A DNA stretch of 33,063 nucleotides from an uncultured Bacteroidales bacterium. Lineage in GTDB: Bacteria > Bacteroidota > Bacteroidia > Bacteroidales > JAEINX01. This document shows positions 24,133-33,063 of the stretch, piece by piece (positions within the stretch are counted from its first letter, which is position 1; each line of letters opens with the position of its first letter). The stretch covers positions 3,538 to 36,600 of the forward strand of contig CAZBSL010000004.1 of NCBI GenBank assembly GCA_964494265.1. Direction: 5' to 3'. The notes under the pieces were generated by a model. The model was not told where the DNA came from and searched no databases. It saw only the letters and a list, made by a program, of their open reading frames with translations. A program made the position numbers and the translations under genes.

Positions 24133-25863
24133 ATGGATACATTTAATGAAACCGGGCTTAGTCAGGAAATATTAGCTGCTGTAAATGATTTAGGGTTTGT
24201 GAATCCGACTCCTATTCAACAAAAAACAATTCCCCACTTAATGAATGCCAATGACGACCTGATTGCCTGTGCTCAAACGGGAACAGGAAAAACGGCTGCT
24301 TTCGGTTTACCTCTACTACATCACACCGACATTCACTCAACTAAAATACAAAGTATTATACTTTGCCCTACCAGAGAACTATGTTTACAAATATCCAAAG
24401 ATATCGAAAGTTATGCTAAACATCTTAAAGGCTTTAAGGTAATTCCTGTTTATGGCGGAGCAAGTATCGATGCTCAAATCAATGCACTTAATAAAGGTGG
24501 ACAATTCGTTGTCGGGACACCCGGACGTACCTTAGATTTAATTAAACGCAAAAGACTCCGTCTGGGAAATGTCAAATGGCTTGTTTTAGATGAAGCGGAT
24601 GAAATGCTTTCGATGGGCTTCAAAGACGATTTGGACGCTATTTTATCAACAATACCCGACAACAAACAAACATTGTTGTTTTCGGCAACAATGCCTACCG
24701 AAATTGTTAGGATGGCAAAAAAATATATGAAAAATCCTGTCGAAATTTCGGTGGGAGGTAAAAATGTAAGTACTGAAAATGTGAGCCATGCATTTTATGT
24801 AGCCCAGGCAAAAGACAGGTATATTGCATTAAAACGGATTGTTGATATACACCCTAATATTTATGCAATAGTTTTTTGTCGTACACGAAGAGAAACTAAG
24901 GAGGTGGCTGATAAACTTTCAAACGACGGTTATAATTCAGATGCTTTACACGGCGATTTATCGCAAGCTCAACGCGATCATGTTATGAGCAAATTCAGAA
25001 GCAGTCAATTGCAGCTTTTAGTGGCAACCGATGTTGCAGCGAGAGGGCTTGATGTGCACGATTTAAGCCATATTATTAATTATAACCTACCCGATGAAAC
25101 CGATATTTATACTCATAGAAGCGGTAGAACAGGAAGAGCGGAAAAAAAAGGTGTTTCTCTTTCAATTGTTCATACCAGAGAAATGAACAAGATTTCGATG
25201 ATTGAGAAAAAAATCGGGAAAAAGATGGAAAGAAGAATGATTCCGCTTGGTAATGATATTTGTAAAAAACAACTCTTTAAATTAATTGATAAAGTTGAGA
25301 AAGTTGAAGTTAACGAATTGCAAATTGAATCTTTTATGCCTTCGATTTATCAAAAACTTGAATGGTTAAGTCGTGAAGATCTTGTTAAACATTTTGTTTC
25401 AGTCGAATTTAATCGTTTTTTATCATATTATAAAGATGCACCAGATATTAATGTAAGTACCAAAAAATCAGATTTCAAAAGCTCTGAGAGCAGAAAATCA
25501 GGAAGAAATAGAATTTCTTTTGCAAGGTTTTTTATAAATATAGGTTCAAAAAACAAATTAACACCAAAACTTTTGTTAACTATTATAAACCAAAATATTA
25601 ATGAAAGAAATGCTGAAATTGGCAAAATAGAAATTTTAAAATCATTTTCATTTTTTGAAACAGATGAAGCTTATAAATCACTGGTTTTAAAATCATTTAA
25701 AGACGCCAAATATGAAGGTTTGAAATTAGTTGTTGAAGAATCAAATAAAAAGAAGCAAGGTGGTGAAAGAAATGATTTTCGGGGAAGAGAAAATAATAGA
25801 GGAAGAGGTGATAAAAAAGAAACTAATTTTAAGAAGTCAAAATTTAAAAGGCCAAGGAATTAA
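24133..25863 (+). CDS. DEAD-box ATP-dependent RNA helicase with a DbpA-like C-terminal RNA-binding domain and a basic R/G/K tail
   Basis: Motifs present are AQTGTGKT, PTRELC, VLDEADEM, SAT and HRSGRTGRA. The C-terminal segment is ARFFINIGSKNKLTPKLLL..IGKIEILKSFSFFE and the tail is GGERNDFRGRENNRGRGDKK. Confidence 0.93.
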   Translation: MDTFNETGLSQEILAAVNDLGFVNPTPIQQKTIPHLMNANDDLIACAQTGTGKTAAFGLPLLHHTDIHSTKIQSIILCPTRELCLQISKDIESYAKHLKGFKVIPVYGGASIDAQINALNKGGQFVVGTPGRTLDLIKRKRLRLGNVKWLVLDEADEMLSMGFKDDLDAILSTIPDNKQTLLFSATMPTEIVRMAKKYMKNPVEISVGGKNVSTENVSHAFYVAQAKDRYIALKRIVDIHPNIYAIVFCRTRRETKEVADKLSNDGYNSDALHGDLSQAQRDHVMSKFRSSQLQLLVATDVAARGLDVHDLSHIINYNLPDETDIYTHRSGRTGRAEKKGVSLSIVHTREMNKISMIEKKIGKKMERRMIPLGNDICKKQLFKLIDKVEKVEVNELQIESFMPSIYQKLEWLSREDLVKHFVSVEFNRFLSYYKDAPDINVSTKKSDFKSSESRKSGRNRISFARFFINIGSKNKLTPKLLLTIINQNINERNAEIGKIEILKSFSFFETDEAYKSLVLKSFKDAKYEGLKLVVEESNKKKQGGERNDFRGRENNRGRGDKKETNFKKSKFKRPRN

Positions 25864-25864
25864 T

Positions 25865-28800
25865 TTATCTGTTTTCCATTGGTAAGGTGAAATAAAAAAG
25901 ACTGCCTTTTTCCTCCCCAACCCAAGTGCTATCGAAATGGCTTTCAACACCAACATCTCCGCCTAATTTTTCAATTATTCGGCGAACAATAGAAAGTCCC
26001 AATCCATGTCCCTCAATTTTAACCTGATCGAGGCGTTCAAATTGCTTGAATAAACGTTTCTGATTTTCGGGTGAAATACCTTTACCATTGTCTCTAACCC
26101 AAAAACGAATCATCTTTTTATCGGATTTATTCAAATTTTCAATATCAAATCCAAGTTCAATTTTTGGAGGTTCGCCTCCATATTTTATAGCATTATTAAT
26201 ATAATTAACCCAAACTTCTTCTATCCATGGACCGAAACCTAAAACCTTGGGCCACTTTTTCGTAAAAACTGTTTCAGCGTTATTTTTTTCTATCAGTTGA
26301 GAATTGCGATCTATGGCTTCTTCAATGATTAGGCTCATATCCAAAACTTCGGTTTTTACCTCTGTTTTTCGCAAGCTGGATAATAAAAGCAAACCATCAA
26401 TAATATTCTTCATTTTAGTGCTACCCTTATAAATATGTTGAATAAATTGTTGAATTTCATCTTCAGAAAGATCCGAGAATTCATCATTTAATAATTCTGA
26501 AAATCCCAAAACTGCTCCAAGCGGATTTTTAAGGTCATGGGCAACAGAATGTGCAAATGCATCTAATTCTTCATTACGTTCTTTTAATTCAATTGTTTGT
26601 TTTTTTAATTTTTCTTCAGCTTTTTTCCGTTGATTTTCAATCTCAAGATTATGCAAAGCAAAAGCAATATCATTAGCTAATTCTTTGAATAACAGTTGCT
26701 CGTCTTTATCTGTAACGAATTCGTTTGGAAGGGAAACCGAAAGCACACCATAAATTGAATTATTATGTTCAAGTCTAATGGTTAATTCATTATTATTTGG
26801 TGCACGACCTAACATCGGGCATCCCTCGCAAATCAAAGTATGGTTATCAATAAAAATTATATCAGATTGGTTTAATGCCCTTTTTACACATTCAATTTGG
26901 TTTTTATTCTTAATCAATTCAACTAATGTTGAAAATGAATTTCCAAATCCGGCATCGGCAAATGCCGTAAAATTCTTGTTCTCATCAAGAAGCCCAATCC
27001 ATGCACTACTATAACCACGAGTTTTTATGAGGACATTACATGCTTCTTGAAGTAATATAGTTTTGTTTTTTTCTCTTGTAATCAATTGGTCAACGTCGCG
27101 GATTGCCTGAAGGACAGCATTAAGATGTTGGTTCTTTTTTTCAGATTGTTTTGTGTCATCAATATCCATAACTGCTCCTAATAAACTTACAGCCTTTCCT
27201 TTATTGTCCCATTTCGAAATTTTCGACCAGGTTTGAAACCATTTCCATTTCCCTGTTTTGGTTTTTATCTTGTACTCATATTCATAAGTACTGATTTTTT
27301 TCTCTTTTAATAGCTTAAACTGTTTTTTTATTTGGGGCCAATCATTCGGATTATGTAAATCCTCCAAACTTAATATTGAATTGTCATCTTTTTCATAGTC
27401 AAGAAGCTTGAAAATATTTGGGCCGATATAAAGTTCATTGTTTTGCAAATTTAATTCCCAGAGGCCTGTTGAAGCAATATCAAGAGCGATTTTCAGTCGT
27501 TCTTCGCTCTGGCGTAAAATTTCTTCAGCTTGTTTGCGTACGCTGATGTCGTGGAAAAAAACCATATCAGCAGGTTTTTCATGCCATTCTGTTTTCGTTG
27601 CAGCAATTTCAATGGGAATAATTTTCCCGTTTTTACATAGTAATTGTGATTCAAAGTATTTAGAAGATGTTTTATCTTCAATTCTGTCTTTAACTCTCTT
27701 CATTACAATTTCAACACTATCAACCGGTGTGAGATCCCTTACATTTAAAGAAAGTAATTCTTCAACACTATATCCGGTTAATTCGGAGGCCTGTGTATTT
27801 ACATAAAGATAATTTCCTTTGATATCATTAATTGCAATACATTCAAATGAATTTTTTGCTAAAGCTTTAAAATTTTGTTCACTTCTTTTTATTTCTGCTT
27901 CTGCAGCTTTAATTTGCGAGATGTCCCTGATTATTCCTAATGCATTCCACTTGCCTTTTAATTTAACTGCCGAAAGAGATAATGAGATAGGGAATTCTGT
28001 TCCATCTTTTTTTATTGCGGATAATTCCAAAGTTTTACCGACAGCATTTCCCTTTCCTGTTTTTTGGAATTTGGAAAACCCTTTACTAAAATCCATAAAG
28101 TATTTGTTGGGAGTTATGAATTTATGCAAATATTTCCCAATTGCTTCCTGATAAGTATAATTAAATGTTTTTTCGGCAGCTTTATTCCAAAACGAAATAT
28201 TCCCTTCATTATCCATAATAATAATGGCATCCTGTGCTGAAATACTTATGCTGCGAAATTTCTCCTCATTTTCTCGCAATCTATCTTCAGTTTCTTTACG
28301 TTTTGTAATATCACGAAATGATCCTATCCGCCCGATAATGTTTTTATTATAGTCATAAATTGAAGAAACATTTAATTCAACCGATATTCTTCTTTTATCT
28401 TTATGAATCAACTCTATTTCGTAAAGTGGAAATTCTTCACCTGATTTTGCTTGTCTGAACTTTTCAAGTACCGGTCCAAGGTATTCAGGGGCAAGAATTT
28501 TTGTAAATCTTTTACCGATAAAATCTTCAATTAAATATCCGGTGATTTTTTCACATGCTTGATTTATATATGTAAAATTCCCTTTTAAATCAATTGTAAA
28601 AACACCATCGGTTAAGGTTTCAGTTAATTTGCGGTATTTTTCTTCACTGGCAATTAGTTTTTCACTTCGTTCATTAACTAATTTCTCAAGATTTTTTTTA
28701 TAATTATTTAGTTCATTCTCGATATTTCTATGCTCTGTTATATCTGAAACCATAACAAATGAGCCAATTTGTGTTCCGGTATTATCAAAGTGAGGAACTG

Positions 28801-29533
28801 CATGAAAAATACAAAAGACTGATTTTAAATCAGGAAGTAAAAGTTCAATTTCATATACACTACTTTTTCCTTCTTTTCGTTTTTTCAATTCTTGAAAAAG
28901 AATTTTTCTGTTTTTTTTATCAAGAAAACCCATTAATTGTTTGTCAAGAATGTTTTCTTCCTTTCTATTCAGAATTTTACACATTGCGTTATTGACTTCA
29001 ACAATTTTGTTGTTTTTATCGACAATAAAAAATCCTTCACTTGATGTTGATAGAATTCTTTCCAATATTTTTTTTGATTCGGAAATTTGTTGAATCTCTT
29101 TATTCAAAACTTGAATTTCTTGTGAAGTATTTTTTTGCAATTTATCTTTTGAAACATTTGTTTCAACTCTATCAAGAGAGAACAATAAGTATTCTTGAGA
29201 TTTATCGAAAGAAGGTATTAAACTAATATGAAAATTTCTTTGAAAGTTTTTGCAGACTACAGAAGAAAAAACCGCATCATTATTTTCAAAAGACAATTCA
29301 ATAGGGCGTTCTTTTTTGACGCTTAAAATTTTCTTTTTAAAACTTTCATTATTAAATTCAGGAAATCGATCAATCAAAGAATTTCCAATAATTTCAGAAC
29401 TCAATATTCCTGTCTTTTCTTCTAAATCTTTATTCCAGAAAAGAATAACAAGCTCTTGATCTGTAATAAACATGCCTTTGTTAACATAGTTTAATATTTC
29501 ATACCTATTGCTTATTGTTTCTTTTCGATTCAT
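25865..29533 (-). CDS. Multi-PAS / GAF sensor histidine kinase (cytoplasmic, 1222 aa, no receiver domain)
   Basis: At least five PAS/PAC-like units are delimited by DITEHR, DITKRK, DISQIK, DISVRK and DIDDTK plus coiled linkers. A GAF-like segment follows, then an H-box (FAHSVAHDLKNPL) and HATPase motifs (NYINNAIKY, RDNGKGI, GHGLGLSIV). Confidence 0.9.
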   Translation of the reverse strand: MNRKETISNRYEILNYVNKGMFITDQELVILFWNKDLEEKTGILSSEIIGNSLIDRFPEFNNESFKKKILSVKKERPIELSFENNDAVFSSVVCKNFQRNFHISLIPSFDKSQEYLLFSLDRVETNVSKDKLQKNTSQEIQVLNKEIQQISESKKILERILSTSSEGFFIVDKNNKIVEVNNAMCKILNRKEENILDKQLMGFLDKKNRKILFQELKKRKEGKSSVYEIELLLPDLKSVFCIFHAVPHFDNTGTQIGSFVMVSDITEHRNIENELNNYKKNLEKLVNERSEKLIASEEKYRKLTETLTDGVFTIDLKGNFTYINQACEKITGYLIEDFIGKRFTKILAPEYLGPVLEKFRQAKSGEEFPLYEIELIHKDKRRISVELNVSSIYDYNKNIIGRIGSFRDITKRKETEDRLRENEEKFRSISISAQDAIIIMDNEGNISFWNKAAEKTFNYTYQEAIGKYLHKFITPNKYFMDFSKGFSKFQKTGKGNAVGKTLELSAIKKDGTEFPISLSLSAVKLKGKWNALGIIRDISQIKAAEAEIKRSEQNFKALAKNSFECIAINDIKGNYLYVNTQASELTGYSVEELLSLNVRDLTPVDSVEIVMKRVKDRIEDKTSSKYFESQLLCKNGKIIPIEIAATKTEWHEKPADMVFFHDISVRKQAEEILRQSEERLKIALDIASTGLWELNLQNNELYIGPNIFKLLDYEKDDNSILSLEDLHNPNDWPQIKKQFKLLKEKKISTYEYEYKIKTKTGKWKWFQTWSKISKWDNKGKAVSLLGAVMDIDDTKQSEKKNQHLNAVLQAIRDVDQLITREKNKTILLQEACNVLIKTRGYSSAWIGLLDENKNFTAFADAGFGNSFSTLVELIKNKNQIECVKRALNQSDIIFIDNHTLICEGCPMLGRAPNNNELTIRLEHNNSIYGVLSVSLPNEFVTDKDEQLLFKELANDIAFALHNLEIENQRKKAEEKLKKQTIELKERNEELDAFAHSVAHDLKNPLGAVLGFSELLNDEFSDLSEDEIQQFIQHIYKGSTKMKNIIDGLLLLSSLRKTEVKTEVLDMSLIIEEAIDRNSQLIEKNNAETVFTKKWPKVLGFGPWIEEVWVNYINNAIKYGGEPPKIELGFDIENLNKSDKKMIRFWVRDNGKGISPENQKRLFKQFERLDQVKIEGHGLGLSIVRRIIEKLGGDVGVESHFDSTWVGEEKGSLFYFTLPMENR

Positions 29534-29792
29534 TTTTATCCGATTTGCTTGAAAATTTCAAATATTTTGAAATCAATCCATTCTTTATTCAAGAATATTT
29601 ATTAAACGTTTTATCCACTTTGAAATTGTTTGTTAACATTATAATTGTTAATTTTTTGTTAATTATGATAAATTGATATTTTGAACGTTTTTATAAAAAT
29701 TATTTTAAAATCAAAGATATAAAATTTTCAAGAAAAAATAAAAAAAATCTTTTATTAAAAAAATTTATCAGATGAATACTCAAAAAATCTAA

Positions 29793-31343
<1,551 letters not shown>

Positions 31344-31359
31344 GCTTAAATAAAAAGTA

Positions 31360-31596
31360 ATGAAACTCGAAATAACAACCCCTGATAAAACTATTTTTGA
31401 AGGTGAAGTTAATTTAGTTCAACTTCCCGGAATTGATGGATCGTTTGAATTATTAAACAATCACGCTCCAATGATTTCAGCTTTAAAAAAAGGGAAAATT
31501 AAAATTAAAGAAAAAGGAAATAACATTCGGTTTTTTGAAATCAATGGTGGAATTATTGAAGTTTTAAAGAATAAAGTTCTTGTTCTGGCTGAATAA
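31360..31596 (+). CDS. atpC: F0F1 ATP synthase subunit epsilon (short form, beta-sandwich domain only)
   Basis: A 78-aa ORF starting 16 nt after atpD, with the pattern TPDKTIFEGEV..VQLPGIDGSFELLNNHAPMISALKKG.I. Confidence 0.85.
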   Translation: MKLEITTPDKTIFEGEVNLVQLPGIDGSFELLNNHAPMISALKKGKIKIKEKGNNIRFFEINGGIIEVLKNKVLVLAE

Positions 31597-31676
31597 ACTC
31601 TTTTAATGGATGATTTTTGATAAATATTAGGGTTCTGTATTTATTTTAGCATTCTATCATTCTATCATTAAAAAAG

Positions 31677-32186
31677 CTACCATTTATTGAAATGAACCCG
31701 TTCAGGAATTACTCTTTTTGGTTTTTGTTTTTCTTCAGCAGGATAACCGATTGAGATAAGAGAAACGGGAATAATATTTTGGGGTAATTCAAGTACTTCG
31801 GAAATGCTTTTGATCCTTTGTTCGCGAGGATGAACACCAAGCCAAACTGCTCCCAAACCTAAAGCATATGCTGCTAATAAAATATTCTGAGTAGCAGCCG
31901 CGCAATCCTGTACAATATAATCTTCCATTTTTTCAATCTCAATATCTCCGCAAACAAGAATTGCAAGATTTGCGGATTTCAGCATACTTCCGTAAGGATG
32001 AGCTTTTGATAATTCAACTAACTTTTCTTTACTTTTAATTACCACAAAATGCCAGGGCCGTAAATTTTTTGCCGAAGGGGCATACATAGCCGCTTCAAGT
32101 AGTTTTTCGCATATTTCATTTGAAATATTAATGTCAGAGTATTTTCTAATACTCCGTCGGTATAAAATCGCATCTAACACTTCCAT
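31677..32186 (-). CDS. Nitroreductase-family protein (169 aa)
   Basis: RRSIRKY near the N-terminus, APSAKNLRPWHFVVI, and a size typical of small FMN nitroreductases. Confidence 0.8.
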   Translation of the reverse strand: MEVLDAILYRRSIRKYSDINISNEICEKLLEAAMYAPSAKNLRPWHFVVIKSKEKLVELSKAHPYGSMLKSANLAILVCGDIEIEKMEDYIVQDCAAATQNILLAAYALGLGAVWLGVHPREQRIKSISEVLELPQNIIPVSLISIGYPAEEKQKPKRVIPERVHFNKW

Positions 32187-32226
32187 AAACTTTTATTCTG
32201 CAAAGTAAGGTAGAAAAAATCTTAAT

Positions 32227-32721
32227 TTAATTGGCTTCAGCCGGAATCGACATGTGGCTTTGAATAATATACCAATCATTCCCTCTTTTTTCAAGAACAC
32301 CAGTATATCTGATTCCTTCATAGCTTCTCGCTTTTCCATCTAAAATAAAATTATAATTAACTACTTCGGAAAACCATGCAATATCTCCAAATTTATTAAT
32401 TTTAACTACCTGATTTCTTACCGAAATCAATGTATTTTCAAAAGTATTAAATTGTTCTTGAATAGCATTTCTTATTTCTTCCCATCCAATTAATTTCTCA
32501 TCACCTTTGGTACCGAAAATAATAATATCATCATCAGTAGCCCAAATTTTATGTATTAATTCGATATCCTGAGTTTCATTAGCAATCACATAACTTTCAA
32601 GAACATCTTTAATATTAGAAATTTCCGATTCATAATCAAAACTTTTCTTTTCAGATGTATTATTACAGCCTATTATTCCAAAAACCATAAGAACACAAAC
32701 AATAGTTACAATTTTTTTCAT
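32227..32721 (-). CDS. Small lipoprotein, NTF2/SnoaL-like fold suspected (164 aa)
   Basis: It has a lipoprotein signal peptide (MKKIVTIVCVLMVFGIIGC). The ~140-aa mature part resembles the DUF4440/SnoaL pattern in general terms, so the functional call is tentative. Confidence 0.55.
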   Translation of the reverse strand: MKKIVTIVCVLMVFGIIGCNNTSEKKSFDYESEISNIKDVLESYVIANETQDIELIHKIWATDDDIIIFGTKGDEKLIGWEEIRNAIQEQFNTFENTLISVRNQVVKINKFGDIAWFSEVVNYNFILDGKARSYEGIRYTGVLEKRGNDWYIIQSHMSIPAEAN

Positions 32722-32896
32722 TTCAATAATTTTTTAAACTTTCATCCACATTTAATTTTATGCGTGAAAATACAATTTTTTTTTAAAATATTAAAAATTA
32801 TTAAACTTAATTTTCATTTTTAATAATTTTTCAAATGAACTACCCCGAGGCAAAGCCTTGGGAAATTCTTTTGATTACATCACAACCAATTGAAAT

Positions 32897-32925
32897 AAAA
32901 AAAACTCCGATCATATTGATCGAAG
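32897..32925 (-). terminator. Rho-independent terminator downstream of tRNA-Phe
   Basis: The minus strand reads CTTCGATCA-ATA-TGATCGGAG (a 9-bp stem with one G.U) followed by T8. It begins 9 nt after the tRNA 3' end. Confidence 0.8.
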
Positions 32926-32934
32926 TTTTCGATG

Positions 32935-33007
<73 letters not shown>

Positions 33008-33023
33008 CCTTATTTTGAGTCGG

Positions 33024-33031
33024 CAAAGATA
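33024..33031 (-). promoter_or_regulatory. Bacteroidota-type -7 promoter box for tRNA-Phe
   Basis: The minus strand reads TATCTTTG (TAnnTTTG), ending 16 nt upstream of the mature tRNA 5' end. Confidence 0.45.
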
Positions 33032-33063
33032 AAAAAATATTTTCATTTCAAAAATTTTTCAAA

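Noticed and set aside
32842-32862. Hairpin CCCGAGGC-AAA-GCCTTGGG between the tRNA terminator and the lipoprotein gene
   Set aside because: It is well paired only on the + strand, where nothing is transcribed toward it. No T-run follows and it has no partner copies. This is not enough to call a terminator or RNA element.

Overview
This is a low-GC chromosomal segment that looks like Bacteroidota. Supporting signs are two proteins ending in T9SS-type C-terminal sorting domains, TAnnTTTG -7 promoter boxes in front of several genes, a stand-alone atpD-atpC pair, and tandem ~800-aa FtsX-type permease paralogs.

Gene order, left to right:
- A partial minus-strand gene at the left edge.
- A 1450-aa T9SS surface protein with a 729-bp internal tandem duplication.
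- A decayed intergenic region holding a 21/42-bp tandem array and the 51-codon stump of a third FtsX gene.
- Two intact FtsX/MacB-type permeases on the minus strand.
- A divergent sigma-54 response regulator plus histidine kinase operon.
- A visibly GC-richer segment (~13.2-24.0 kb) holding an orphan 319-aa protein, a 42-bp tandem array, a membrane-anchored AraC regulator, an HTH-only AraC paralog that overlaps the next gene by ATGA, and a 2143-aa beta-helix T9SS protein built from 1287-bp modules.
- A DEAD-box helicase, a 1222-aa multi-PAS/GAF histidine kinase, atpD, atpC, a nitroreductase, an NTF2/SnoaL-like lipoprotein and tRNA-Phe(GAA).

I saw no rRNA, CRISPR array, transposase, integrase or phage gene.

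The items most worth follow-up:
1. A ~130-150-bp composite hairpin element present in four same-orientation copies. These copies bracket the GC-richer segment.
2. The FtsX permease / short-loop kinase / sigma-54 activator module, which has twin palindromes in its divergent control region and no ABC ATPase in the window.
3. Two phase-exact tandem arrays (21/42 bp and 42 bp) of unknown function.
4. Mosaic, partly base-perfect intragenic repeats in both giant surface proteins.

All family assignments come from motif recognition by eye. No database search was run, and none of the novelty suggestions is proven.
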